Shown: one piece after another, positions 19,108 to 29,108 of the stretch
Numbering within the stretch: position 1 is the stretch's first letter
Layout: each line of letters starts with the position of its first letter
IMG/VR virus record: IMGVR_UViG_3300021437_000001
Location: 32,001 to 96,000 of that record
Length of the DNA: 64,000 nt
Direction: 5' to 3' (one strand)
From: a virus
The notes under the pieces: model-generated
Databases searched by the model: none
The model's input: only the letters and a program-made list of their open reading frames with translations
What the model was told of the DNA's origin: nothing
Program-made: the position numbers and the translations under genes

Positions 19108-21409
19108 TTATGCCCAGGGTCTTGAGTATGTCGCTTTCGACATCGAGACCAATGGGCGAGAAGAGCACAAGATTTCCACCATTGGAATAGCCATTTCTGG
19201 GCATTTCGATACTGGTTATTATGCTGCATTTTATGATTGGTCTCCTGTAACTAAGTCTTTAATACGTTTAATTCCAGAAGATGTAGAACGAGCTTTTGTA
19301 AAGAAGCTTTGCGATGTACTCCAAGATAAAAAATTAATAATGCACAATGCGGTGTTTGACGTAACTACAATTCGTCATCAATACGGTATCAATTTAACTG
19401 AATCTGTACACTGCGATACGATGTTATTAAAACATACCATCGACGAAGAACGCCCATTCGGTCTTAAGGATTTGGCAATTCTTTACAAAGAAGAGATAGG
19501 CATTCCTTCTGAGGACATGGCTAATCAAGAGCAGTTGGACCTTTCTGAGTCAGTAAAACGCAATGGCGGTAAATGGACCGACAAAGATAAAGAAATTTGG
19601 AAAGGTCAAGTTGATTTAGTAGGCTATTACGCTTGCGCTGACGTTGATTTGACTCTTCGCATGTTTGACTTTTTTGAAGATCAATTATACAAACAACGCT
19701 TAGATGAATTCTTTTACGATAAGGAAGTCATGCCGTTATTTCGTGAGGCCACTACTCAAATGAAATACAATGGTGTCTTTGTTGATGTTGCCTATTTTGA
19801 AAAATTAAAAAGTGAAATTCTTGAAGAATCCGCAAAACTTGAGGCAGCTATCTTTGAAGAAATTGAAGACGATATTCAAGAGTTTGTCCGTAAGCATGTA
19901 GATAAAGAGATTGATATTACTAAGACTGGACGCTTTGCCGCAGAGTTACTTGCACATTACGGATTGACTCCGCCAATCAATGTTAAGACTGGAAAAGTTA
20001 CAGTGGCTAGATCTTCTTTACAAGCATTGAGCTTGGAGTATCCTAATCATCAGGCTTTGAAATGGTTATTGTATGAACCTATTATGGCATGCCCTTATGA
20101 AGTTGACCCAGCCACCAATGCGGTCGTTAAAACAAAAGCAGTTCGAGTCTATTCAATTGATCCAGACGAACCTGAACTCGATGAAGAAGCCGTCTTTGAA
20201 ATCAAAAAGAAAATTTACATAGAAGCTAATCCAGAGCACCCTCGTATATTTAACTTAGCTTCTGGTGCGCATTTAGCATGGTTGATTTTTGATCAGTATG
20301 GCTGTGAACCCGCTGAGCTTTCTCGTAAAACTAAGAAACCAAAACTTGATGCTGATAATTTGGAAAAGTACGAGCATTTGACGTTTATTAAAAAGCTTCT
20401 TGAGATGAAGAAGCTCGATAAGATGATTTCAACTTATATTTCTCCAATTTTAGAAATGCAAGATGAAGGATGGATTTATCCTTCTATGTTACAATTTGGA
20501 ACTACTTCTGGACGTTACTCTTGCGGTGGAGGTTTGAATTTACAAACACTTCCTCGTGATGATAAGCGTATTAAGAAGGGGTTCATCGCACCTCCAGGAT
20601 ATAAGATTGTAAATGCCGACTTTAGCGCCCTAGAGCCTAGAATCTTTAGTTGGGTGTCTGAGGATGAGGGCCTTAAAGAAATTTGGCGCAAAGGCTTAGA
20701 TCTTTACTCACAAATTGCTATTGACGTGTTTGGACTTAAAGGCGTATCTGCAAACGAAAAAGATGCAAATTACCTAAAGAAGGTTCAACCAGAGTATCGT
20801 CAAAAAACAAAAGTGTTTACCCTTGCGGTGCCATACGGCGCTAACGCATGGAGAGTCGCTGCGCTTATGGGCGTGGAAGTCGATGAGGCTTCTGAGATTA
20901 TTGATTCTTATCTAGACAGTTATCCAATGCTCAAAGAGTATATGGCTAATTGTGAGCGTGCTGCCCAAAGAACTGGAATGGTTCGCACTAAGTTTGGACG
21001 TATTCGACATCTTCAAGGTGCGAAAGAATTACATAGAAAATATGGTACTCGCATTACAGATAAGCGGGCCATGAAAGCCAGATGCGGTGATGATCTTGGA
21101 AATGAACTGTATTATAAATATAGGAACTACCTTAATAATAGTAAGAATTTTCCAATTCAATCTACGGCGGCGAGCGTTTGTAATGCTGCAATGATCAAGT
21201 TGTCAAAGTTATTTAAAAAGCATAAAATTGATGGATGGCTTGCGCTTCAGGTGCATGACGAGATTACTTGTATTGTACGAGAAGACCAAGCAGAATTTGC
21301 TGCGGAACTTTTACAGGATTCCATGCAGAACAATGTAGTAACTGCGGCGATTGATATTCCAATTTTAGCTGAGCCTGTAATTGCAGACAATTTGGCAGAT
21401 TCAAAATGA
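18992..21409 (+). CDS. polA: DNA polymerase family A with 3'-5' exonuclease
   Basis: FDIET, HNAVFD, YACAD exonuclease motifs; GTTSGRYS, DFSALEPR, RQKTKVFTLAVPYG, NFPIQS, QVHDEI; start may be 19001 or 19010. Confidence 0.93.
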   Translation: MKVMSNMNEEQEAKTTPKKVSKKAYKLLKDADSLEQMLNYAQGLEYVAFDIETNGREEHKISTIGIAISGHFDTGYYAAFYDWSPVTKSLIRLIPEDVERAFVKKLCDVLQDKKLIMHNAVFDVTTIRHQYGINLTESVHCDTMLLKHTIDEERPFGLKDLAILYKEEIGIPSEDMANQEQLDLSESVKRNGGKWTDKDKEIWKGQVDLVGYYACADVDLTLRMFDFFEDQLYKQRLDEFFYDKEVMPLFREATTQMKYNGVFVDVAYFEKLKSEILEESAKLEAAIFEEIEDDIQEFVRKHVDKEIDITKTGRFAAELLAHYGLTPPINVKTGKVTVARSSLQALSLEYPNHQALKWLLYEPIMACPYEVDPATNAVVKTKAVRVYSIDPDEPELDEEAVFEIKKKIYIEANPEHPRIFNLASGAHLAWLIFDQYGCEPAELSRKTKKPKLDADNLEKYEHLTFIKKLLEMKKLDKMISTYISPILEMQDEGWIYPSMLQFGTTSGRYSCGGGLNLQTLPRDDKRIKKGFIAPPGYKIVNADFSALEPRIFSWVSEDEGLKEIWRKGLDLYSQIAIDVFGLKGVSANEKDANYLKKVQPEYRQKTKVFTLAVPYGANAWRVAALMGVEVDEASEIIDSYLDSYPMLKEYMANCERAAQRTGMVRTKFGRIRHLQGAKELHRKYGTRITDKRAMKARCGDDLGNELYYKYRNYLNNSKNFPIQSTAASVCNAAMIKLSKLFKKHKIDGWLALQVHDEITCIVREDQAEFAAELLQDSMQNNVVTAAIDIPILAEPVIADNLADSK

Positions 21410-21446
21410 TTAAAGCGAATTAAAACTTTCCAGAGGAGTCGAAGTA

Positions 21447-22748
21447 ATGAAAAAACAAACTAAAACTGCCAGAAAACCTAAAGAGATTATTAAACTCTTT
21501 TTGAAGAACATGAAACAGATTGCAAAAGAGTTAGACAAATCTCCACAAGAGGTCACTGCTACCCAATTTTGGGCAAACGTTTCGGAAGAACTTCCAGAAT
21601 GGGATGTCAGGAGAGTTGGCGGTTTTAAGAACTTACAAAATTTGTATTTTCCTAAACAAGAAGAGAGCATTGTAGTAAAGAAAACTGGTGACCTTCTTAA
21701 AGAACGAGTTAAGAAAGTTCAAGATGACTTAGGCACTCGTAGACTGATTGCAGAAGAGTTGGCTGCCAATCTACAAGAGATTGTTAAAACTATTGACTTT
21801 AAAGTACATAAACCATTAGCGAAAGCTAAAGGAAAGGGCAAACCTGCTGAACGAACTATCGTTGCGCATTTATCTGATACGCACTACGGATGCAACATAG
21901 ATAAATCTGAAATGGGTGGCTTGAATGAATACAATTGGCAGATTGCTGCTAGACGTTCGGCTTTATTTTTTCAACAAATTGTTAATTACAAGCCTCAACA
22001 TCGTGACCAAACTGAAGTTGTATTATTAGTGAATGGCGATATTATCGCAGGAGTTATCCACAATCAAGAATGGTTTGTGGATTTGCTAACTACGCAATTT
22101 GCTGGCACTCTAAACATTCTTTGCCAGGGAATTTCTTATTTGGCTCAGAACTTTAAAAAAGTACGAGTAGTTATGACACCTGGTAATCATGGTCGTTCGA
22201 TGCACAAAGCCAGCACAGACCGTGGCACGACACATAAATACGACTCTTACGAGACTCAAATTTTTATTGCGGTGCGTGAGGTTATGAAGGCGAAATGTGC
22301 CAATGTTGAAGTCGAAGTTCCTGATAGTCCATTTGCCATCTTTAAAGCGCAAGGGCATACCTATTTTGTTACGCATTCTGATACTGTCATCAATGTAGGA
22401 AATCCTGGCGCAGCCTTGAACATGAAGTCAATCAACAATCAGATCAACAAGCTAAATGCTTCTGAGCTTGGTGGAGATGCTAAATTTGACGCCGTTATCT
22501 GTGGACACATTCATACTCCTACACTTCAGCTTATGGAATCAGGATGTATGTTAGTTCTTAATGGCTGTTTGAGCGGCCTTGATCCTTATGCCTTATCTAT
22601 AGGTATTTTTGACTCTAATCCAACCCAGCAATTATTCGAAGCTACGGAAAAGCATGCTGTAGGAGACGTCAGATTTATACAAGTGAAGTCTGCTGATAAA
22701 GATGCTCAATTGGATAAGATCATCGAAACTCCTAAAAGGCCTTATTAA
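21447..22748 (+). CDS. Calcineurin-like metallophosphoesterase
   Basis: SDTHYG, NGD, PGNHG, THSD, GHIH motifs. Confidence 0.8.
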   Translation: MKKQTKTARKPKEIIKLFLKNMKQIAKELDKSPQEVTATQFWANVSEELPEWDVRRVGGFKNLQNLYFPKQEESIVVKKTGDLLKERVKKVQDDLGTRRLIAEELAANLQEIVKTIDFKVHKPLAKAKGKGKPAERTIVAHLSDTHYGCNIDKSEMGGLNEYNWQIAARRSALFFQQIVNYKPQHRDQTEVVLLVNGDIIAGVIHNQEWFVDLLTTQFAGTLNILCQGISYLAQNFKKVRVVMTPGNHGRSMHKASTDRGTTHKYDSYETQIFIAVREVMKAKCANVEVEVPDSPFAIFKAQGHTYFVTHSDTVINVGNPGAALNMKSINNQINKLNASELGGDAKFDAVICGHIHTPTLQLMESGCMLVLNGCLSGLDPYALSIGIFDSNPTQQLFEATEKHAVGDVRFIQVKSADKDAQLDKIIETPKRPY

Positions 22749-23200
22749 TGAAAGGGGTTAGAAAGCAGTTCAGCAAAGCCTTACATGATGGTCATGATGA
22801 GAAGGCTCGTAATCAAGCCAAGGCTTTCTGGACTAAGCGAGGTTATCTTGTGAAGGATAATCCTAATACCAAAGGTGTTGACTTATTCTTATGCAATCCA
22901 GATACCGAAGAAATCATGGCCTATCTAGAAGTAGAAGTCAAAAACAACTGGAATAGTAAAGCGTTTCAATATGACACACTTCAAATTCCAGAGCGTAAAG
23001 CTAGATATTTTGTAGAGTATGGCGACAAAATAATTTACATGGTGTTCTCAAAAGACTTGACACAGGCCTTTATAGCCGATAGTCTTAGCTTTAAGAACGC
23101 TAAGTTAAAAGAAGTACCGAATAAGTTTGTTAGTAAAGGTGAGTATTTTTATCAAGTACCAGTTAAAGACTGTGACTTAGTATCAATGGAGGAAGCATGA
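22748..23200 (+). CDS. Putative PD-(D/E)XK-fold nuclease
   Basis: GVDL...EVEVK motif. Confidence 0.5.
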   Translation: MKGVRKQFSKALHDGHDEKARNQAKAFWTKRGYLVKDNPNTKGVDLFLCNPDTEEIMAYLEVEVKNNWNSKAFQYDTLQIPERKARYFVEYGDKIIYMVFSKDLTQAFIADSLSFKNAKLKEVPNKFVSKGEYFYQVPVKDCDLVSMEEA

Positions 23201-23403
23201 CAGATTATGGTCAATTTTACGATAAAGATGGCAAGTTGTTGGACGATGATGTAACGCCAAAAAAAGAAAGATGCTCAAGTAAGAGTACGTCTTTAAAAAC
23301 GATTATACAGTATGCAAAAAAATTAAATTCATTAAGAAAAGCCGCCGCTAAAGATGGAGTTTGTCTAGATGAGTTAGAAGAAGCGGCAAAGGAGTTAGCA
23401 TGA
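23197..23403 (+). CDS. Hypothetical protein
   Basis: 68 aa, GGAGG RBS, ATGA overlaps at both ends. Confidence 0.55.
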   Translation: MTDYGQFYDKDGKLLDDDVTPKKERCSSKSTSLKTIIQYAKKLNSLRKAAAKDGVCLDELEEAAKELA

Positions 23404-24170
23404 AGATTGTAAGTTTTACAGGACCTAAAGGAAGCGGAAAAGATACATCGGCAGACATTCTCAAAGAGGAGAAGATTGCGTCAGGTAGTTTATCGTTCGC
23501 AGGACCTTTGAAAAAGATTTGTATGGAGGTGTTTAAACTCCATCACAATTACATGAATGATCCAATTTTAAAAGAAAAAGAACTCGAAGAACCCATCGTT
23601 CTTAAATCAGCTCATTTTCGCAAGATCAACTTGCTAATGACCGATTTCCTAGATCAGGACGAGTTCTTTTACAACCCTTACAAAGCTTCTATTGCTGGGC
23701 TTGAAGGCATGGTTATAACTACGCCTAGACAGCTTTTACAGGTAATAGGTACAGATTACATTCGCAATCGAATTCACCCAGACTGGCACCTTCAGGCGGC
23801 CTTTTCAAAGACCAGCCTAGCTAAAATGGATGAGAATGGCTTGTATTGTGTCACCGATGCAAGATTTCCTAATGAATATAGCTTCCTAGCCAATAAATTT
23901 GGCGAAGACTTTAAAGGATTCTATGTAGAGCGCCCAGAAGCAGAAGAAAAATTAGTTAATGGCGCACACGCATCTGAGATGAAAGTTCTAGAAGTCAAAG
24001 AATTAATCCCAACAGAAAACATTTTAAAGAATGACAAGACTGTTGACGACTTAAAGAAAAAGTTACTCGCCCTTAAGTTGGGCGATGCTCAACCCAAGAA
24101 GAAAGGACAGCAGACTGCAAGTAAGTTTAAATTTGCACAAGCTGGCAAAAGCGATGAAGGAGCCTTCTGA
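23400..24170 (+). CDS. Deoxynucleoside monophosphate kinase
   Basis: GPKGSGKDT, FAGPLK, TPRQLLQVIGTD, VTDARFPNE, HASE. Confidence 0.88.
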   Translation: MKIVSFTGPKGSGKDTSADILKEEKIASGSLSFAGPLKKICMEVFKLHHNYMNDPILKEKELEEPIVLKSAHFRKINLLMTDFLDQDEFFYNPYKASIAGLEGMVITTPRQLLQVIGTDYIRNRIHPDWHLQAAFSKTSLAKMDENGLYCVTDARFPNEYSFLANKFGEDFKGFYVERPEAEEKLVNGAHASEMKVLEVKELIPTENILKNDKTVDDLKKKLLALKLGDAQPKKKGQQTASKFKFAQAGKSDEGAF

Positions 24171-24780
24171 TCTAGTAGAACCTAGCATTGAAGTAAAGGT
24201 CTCTAAACCAGACCTTCCTGTATTTGTTGAGTTCGAAACTAAATATAGAGTTGACGACCCAAAGATTCTCTGGGATTTTAAACATTTGGTTGAAAAACAA
24301 ATAGGTCGAAAAGACTTTATTTATATTCAATCAGATGACATCTATTATGTTAAAACAGCAGACGAATTCATACGTTACCGTTTTTCTGAAAGTGATAAAC
24401 GATCAGAATTAACTATTAAACGTAAAACAGGCACCGGAAATAACATTATCCGAGAAGAGACTAATTTAAGAGTTGATGGTAATTCATTTGATTTAGTTGA
24501 AAATTTTATAAAACAATTAGGTTTTACATTTAATTTTCGAATCAATAAGCAGTGTCATATTTACCACGGTGAAGAATGCACCCTTGTATTTTATTCAGTA
24601 CGAGACTTAGAAACTAATAAGCTTGCGCATTTTATTGAAATTGAAGTTACTGAGGGCGCTGGCTTTACAGAAGACGAATCTTGGGCTATTATTAAGAAGT
24701 ACGAAGGTTTACTAGCACCGTTAGGCGTAACTGCTCAAAAACGTTTGAGAAAATCTTTGTTTGAAATGTATCGGAGATAG
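24154..24780 (+). CDS. CYTH-domain protein (triphosphate tunnel metalloenzyme)
   Basis: EFETKY, D.YY, IRYR, LTIKRK, REE, FIEIE; start taken as ATG 24154 (ORF track extends to 24085). Confidence 0.75.
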   Translation: MKEPSDLVEPSIEVKVSKPDLPVFVEFETKYRVDDPKILWDFKHLVEKQIGRKDFIYIQSDDIYYVKTADEFIRYRFSESDKRSELTIKRKTGTGNNIIREETNLRVDGNSFDLVENFIKQLGFTFNFRINKQCHIYHGEECTLVFYSVRDLETNKLAHFIEIEVTEGAGFTEDESWAIIKKYEGLLAPLGVTAQKRLRKSLFEMYRR

Positions 24781-24905
24781 TGTGAGTGTAATAGAGACAG
24801 CTTTAATATTTTGCGCCGTGTTTCCATTTAGCTTAGTAGCTATTGGGGTAATTGCGCTTTTGAGAAAACGTAAAAAATCTAATTTAGTTCTTGTAGAACA
24901 AAAGG

Positions 24906-25256
24906 ATGAAAATGGGAATAATTCAAAAAATTAAAGATCTTTTTAAGATCAGCGCAGAACGTGGCATGTATTTGCCTTTAGCTTATGATGCTTCAAAAAA
25001 AGGTCCTAGCATTACTTTATTGACTTTTTATATTGCTATGGTGTTGTCTTCATTATCACTTATAGCTTTTCACTTTTTGCCAGAGAAATTGTTGCAACCA
25101 AGTCTACTTACTTTGATGTTTCTAGCCATGAGTTTTGTATTTTATCGTATGCGAAACTTAGACAAGATCAAACTAGATTTAGACGATAAAAGTATTGAGT
25201 TAGAAGGTAACAACAAAGAAGAGGAATCTTCAACAACTAAAAAGGAGAAGGAATGA
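24906..25256 (+). CDS. Two-TM membrane protein (holin-like topology)
   Basis: Two hydrophobic segments and a charged C-tail. Confidence 0.45.
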   Translation: MKMGIIQKIKDLFKISAERGMYLPLAYDASKKGPSITLLTFYIAMVLSSLSLIAFHFLPEKLLQPSLLTLMFLAMSFVFYRMRNLDKIKLDLDDKSIELEGNNKEEESSTTKKEKE

Positions 25257-25579
25257 AAAATCTAATTTTAGCAGCTATTGTAGGTGCTGCGCTGGCGTCA
25301 GGAGCTTTGCTCGGTCAAGCTAAACTTGCAGATAAGGCTTTGAACGAAGTGCAGGAAGCTTATAGCGGAGCAAACGGCGAAGAGCCTATTTGTCTAGCAC
25401 AGGAAGATGGCGGAGAAGCGTACATTATCCTAAATGCTGATAAAGAAGCAAAAACATACAGCGGTATTCGAGTCTTGGTGATGCTACAAGTTCCTTTTCA
25501 AGTATCAGCTAGAGCCTTGAATCAACGTCCAGATCTTAAGCAAGTTGATTGCCGAACTGGTCAACCACTAGGAAAATAA
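25253..25579 (+). CDS. Exported hypothetical protein
   Basis: N-terminal signal peptide-like sequence; AAGGAG RBS. Confidence 0.5.
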   Translation: MKNLILAAIVGAALASGALLGQAKLADKALNEVQEAYSGANGEEPICLAQEDGGEAYIILNADKEAKTYSGIRVLVMLQVPFQVSARALNQRPDLKQVDCRTGQPLGK

Positions 25580-25580
25580 T

Positions 25581-25991
25581 ATGAACTATAAAATCATAGG
25601 TATTTATACCTTGGTTATTATTGCTTTGTCAGTAGCCGCTACTAAGCGGCTTTGGCCTACTATTGATACTCAAGTCAAAGTAGAAGAAAAGGAAATAATC
25701 AAAAAAGATATTCAAACGGTAATTAAAGAGCGCATCAAACCGGATGGTACTAAAGAAATTGAGACTGTTATTGTGGACCATACTAAAGAAGCGTCTACAA
25801 AAACTTTAGAGCAGGTGGTAACCAAGAAAAATGATTGGTATGTAGCTGCTGGCGCAGAGGCGCAACTTAGTAAGTTGAATGAGCCAAGTTACAAACTAGA
25901 AGTCAATCGTCGAATTATTGGCGATGTTTTTGTTGGAGCTACAGTCAACACTCAAGGTGCTTTCGGTTTGCAGGTGGGCTTTCAATTTTAA
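25581..25991 (+). CDS. Membrane-anchored hypothetical protein
   Basis: N-terminal TM segment; C-terminal amphipathic beta strands ending in Phe (GLQVGFQF). Confidence 0.5.
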   Translation: MNYKIIGIYTLVIIALSVAATKRLWPTIDTQVKVEEKEIIKKDIQTVIKERIKPDGTKEIETVIVDHTKEASTKTLEQVVTKKNDWYVAAGAEAQLSKLNEPSYKLEVNRRIIGDVFVGATVNTQGAFGLQVGFQF

Positions 25992-26000
25992 GGAAGTTAA

Positions 26001-26393
26001 ATGAGCAAAGATACTAATGTAAGTCTTTATGATGCTGTTGATACAGAGCTAATGATCGACATCAAAAACCTAAATGGTGAATTGATGGATCAAGCTCTGT
26101 TGATGCGTAAATGGACTAAAGCAAAAGCTATGGCGAGTAAACGAGCTAAAGCTATCAGAGGTCAGTTGGCCTTTACTAAAGGCTCTCTGCACAAAGATCT
26201 GGCTCGCAAAGGCCTACGAGTAGGTGATATTGAGGCCGCTATAAATACAGATCCTACTATGATGAAATTAAATGACGAACTCAATGAAGCAGAATATGAA
26301 TTTGATGCTTTAGATGGCATCGTGCGTGCTTTTTATCAAAAGCATGAATCTCTTAAAGAACTTTCATATAACTCTCGTAAAGGAATGGAATAA
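26001..26393 (+). CDS. Putative UvsY-like recombination mediator
   Basis: 130 aa coiled-coil protein immediately upstream of the RecA-like gene; call is from size and position. Confidence 0.45.
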   Translation: MSKDTNVSLYDAVDTELMIDIKNLNGELMDQALLMRKWTKAKAMASKRAKAIRGQLAFTKGSLHKDLARKGLRVGDIEAAINTDPTMMKLNDELNEAEYEFDALDGIVRAFYQKHESLKELSYNSRKGME

Positions 26394-26394
26394 T

Positions 26395-27426
26395 ATGTCA
26401 CGTTTTAAACGTTCAAAAGAAGAAACAACCGAAGTTAAAACAGAAATTGCACCCGCTACCGAAGAGACGACTGAAATTGTAGATTCCAAACGCTCTGAGT
26501 TTGCTAGTGCAATTAGAAAATTCAGTGGTTATATTAATGCTGAATATAAATCAGAAAAATCAAAAGTTCACGATCTAGAAGATTTAGGTAAGATAATCGT
26601 GAACGACTACGTCTCCATGCCAGAGGCGTTTGAAGAGGCAACAGAGTTGAAAGGACTTCCTTTTGGCGTAATATCTTGTACCTATGGAAAACCCGATACC
26701 GGAAAAACTACATTGCTGATGGAAGGTATTAAAGGTTGTATTGAGGACATGGTAATTCCAGTTCTTATCTTGACCGAGCATAAATTTGCGTATGATCGTT
26801 TGCAACACATGGGTGTCGATCTTATGCCAATCGTTGTACCTGTAGGTAGTATTGAAGAGGGTTATGACGTCTTGATCAAGATGCTTAGAGACCTTCAGCA
26901 AAATAAATTAAAATTTACTGACGATGAAGGCAAAGAGCAAGTAATCGACATGACTAAAAATAAATGTTATTTCTTTTGGGATTCTATTGGAAACGTTATG
27001 TCTCAATCTGAAATGGACGCTGAAACTGAAGATTGGCAAAAAGGTATGATGAAAACTGCCAAAGCTTTGCGAGTTCTTACTCGTAAGGTTAGTATGTTAT
27101 TGAACAAGGTTAGAGAGAAAACAGGAATTCTGTTTCTTAATCAATCTTATATCAACACCACTCCACAAGGAATTCAAATTGAAACTCCTACTGGTGGCGA
27201 TGCAATTCCTTATTCCTCCGCTTTAGTTCTCAGAACTAGACGTAGAAAACGTCTTGACATGACTCAAGATGGTAAAGAAGTGGACATCGGACTTGAAACC
27301 ATTATTGAAACTGTGAAGAATCATATTACAAATCGTAAAGTTACTGCCAGCGTGTTTACAGTCGCTTCCGGTATGATCCCAGCGACTAAAGAGGCATTAG
27401 ATAACTATAAAAAGACCTTGCGTTAA
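26395..27426 (+). CDS. RecA/UvsX-like recombinase
   Basis: GLPFG, Walker A GKPDTGKT, WDSIG, LFLNQ, TPTGGDAIPY, VKNH; start ATG 26395. Confidence 0.82.
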   Translation: MSRFKRSKEETTEVKTEIAPATEETTEIVDSKRSEFASAIRKFSGYINAEYKSEKSKVHDLEDLGKIIVNDYVSMPEAFEEATELKGLPFGVISCTYGKPDTGKTTLLMEGIKGCIEDMVIPVLILTEHKFAYDRLQHMGVDLMPIVVPVGSIEEGYDVLIKMLRDLQQNKLKFTDDEGKEQVIDMTKNKCYFFWDSIGNVMSQSEMDAETEDWQKGMMKTAKALRVLTRKVSMLLNKVREKTGILFLNQSYINTTPQGIQIETPTGGDAIPYSSALVLRTRRRKRLDMTQDGKEVDIGLETIIETVKNHITNRKVTASVFTVASGMIPATKEALDNYKKTLR

Positions 27427-27434
27427 AACTGCTC

Positions 27435-27845
27435 ATGGGTAATAATCGAATGAGTAGAGGTGGTCGTATGGCAAGACGAAACGGCGACAAAGAGTTGGAT
27501 CAACTTCAAAGGCTAAAGTATGAGAATCAAAAGCTTAAAAAGGAAAACGCTAAGCTTAGAAAGCTCATTCAAAGAGGGCAAGCCGATCAAGAACTTTTGC
27601 ACGAATTGGTTTTACAAAAAGATCGAGAAGAAGAACTTGCACAAGCTGAAAAAATAGCGCAGAATAAGTGGAAATGCTTTGAGTGCGGCGAAGGAATAAT
27701 GAAGATTCACACAATGAAACGCCTAGATGGTGTTTTTTATTGGAGAATTTGCAGTAATTCTGAGTGTGGGCATAAAACAAAGCTTCAACGTTACTCTAAA
27801 GATGTGGAAGGGGTTCGGCATGAATCTGAAGATGCTGATGAATAG
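27435..27845 (+). CDS. Coiled-coil plus zinc-ribbon protein
   Basis: Heptad region followed by CxxC...CxxxxC. Confidence 0.55.
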   Translation: MGNNRMSRGGRMARRNGDKELDQLQRLKYENQKLKKENAKLRKLIQRGQADQELLHELVLQKDREEELAQAEKIAQNKWKCFECGEGIMKIHTMKRLDGVFYWRICSNSECGHKTKLQRYSKDVEGVRHESEDADE

Positions 27846-28197
27846 TTGGTACAAGGAATTTTCTTTTTACTCTTTTTGGGAAGGTCCTCCAAAATACTTG
27901 GATTGGGATGAAGAAGATCACACCAAGCCTTTGATTCATTTTTCATTTGAAACATGGTTTACCGAGACCAGGCCCTTGACGTATTATGATTCTTGCGATA
28001 AAGGTCGATGGCGTGGGATTCATTTTAGAATGTACATTTCTAGACGTTTAATAGGATTGACAATTCCTTTTAAGCCTTTGCCAGATCATGTTCCTAGTGC
28101 TCGAGAGTTAAAGATGAGGGCTTTGCATGATACGCCTGAACATCGAGCTAAAATGAAAGAACTTGCGGAGATGTTCAATGCCAATAAGAAAGTTTAA
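27820..28197 (+). CDS. Hypothetical protein
   Basis: ORF fills the operon gap; start uncertain (27820-27838). Confidence 0.45.
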   Translation: MNLKMLMNSWYKEFSFYSFWEGPPKYLDWDEEDHTKPLIHFSFETWFTETRPLTYYDSCDKGRWRGIHFRMYISRRLIGLTIPFKPLPDHVPSARELKMRALHDTPEHRAKMKELAEMFNANKKV

Positions 28198-28486
28198 TTG
28201 TAATAAGTGCAAGCATGAATGGACTCGTATAATTAAAGGCGTAAGTGATGATTGTCCAAAATGTAAATTATCTTCTATAGCTTTATTGCCTAAAGAATTA
28301 AATACTTTAGTTTATGAAATGAAAGACAAACACCGTGGAACTCAATTGCGCAAGAACCAAGAACAGAAAATGCGGAAGAGGATGAATGATCACCACGACC
28401 GCAATGAAGTAGCCGAGAAGATCGACAAACATGGTATGGATGACGCAGTGAGGAACGGATGGCTAAAGAGAATAAAAAAAATATAA
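28178..28486 (+). CDS. FmdB-like zinc-ribbon protein
   Basis: MPIRKFNCNKCKHEW...CPKC; GGAG RBS before ATG 28178. Confidence 0.6.
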   Translation: MPIRKFNCNKCKHEWTRIIKGVSDDCPKCKLSSIALLPKELNTLVYEMKDKHRGTQLRKNQEQKMRKRMNDHHDRNEVAEKIDKHGMDDAVRNGWLKRIKKI

Positions 28487-29091
28487 AGACCGTTCTGGGG
28501 CTAGACTTGTCTACGACGTCTACTGGATTTGCGCTATTAGATATGGACACGAAGAATCTAATTAAGTATGGATTCATTCTTCCAAAAATTAAAGGCATCT
28601 CCAAGCTCAAATACCCAAGAGCTGCTTTAGCTCGTATTCTAGACTTGGCTGTAAAAATTTCAGACCTAGTTAAAGAATACAATCCTGATCAACTAATTAT
28701 TGAAGAAGTGAATCGTGGCAAAAACAGAATCTCTCAGAAGAGTCTTGATGCTCTACACTTTTTGGTATTGCACTATATTGATCAGCATTCACCAAACTTA
28801 ATTGATCAACTATTCTATTACGATTCGGACGGTAAAGTAGGTTGGCGAAAACATTTAGGTTTAGTTCTTACAGAAGAAGACAAAGCCCATAACGCCCATA
28901 TTAAAACCTTTAAGTCGAGTAGAAAAGTCGGAAAAAAGAAACCGAAGATCACTAAGAAACACCTCGCTATGAGGTATGTGCAGTCAGTGTATAATTTAAA
29001 CTTGGATATTGACGAGAAAGTCGAGTACGAAGACATCAATGATGCCATCGCAATGACTAGCTCTTACTTGATTCACGTTTGCAAACAGTAA
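28459..29091 (+). CDS. RuvC-like Holliday junction resolvase
   Basis: LGLDLSTTSTGFA, IIEE, DINDAIA RNase H-fold acidic residues. Confidence 0.8.
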   Translation: MAKENKKNIKTVLGLDLSTTSTGFALLDMDTKNLIKYGFILPKIKGISKLKYPRAALARILDLAVKISDLVKEYNPDQLIIEEVNRGKNRISQKSLDALHFLVLHYIDQHSPNLIDQLFYYDSDGKVGWRKHLGLVLTEEDKAHNAHIKTFKSSRKVGKKKPKITKKHLAMRYVQSVYNLNLDIDEKVEYEDINDAIAMTSSYLIHVCKQ

Positions 29092-29108
29092 CAACATAAG
29101 GAGGAATC

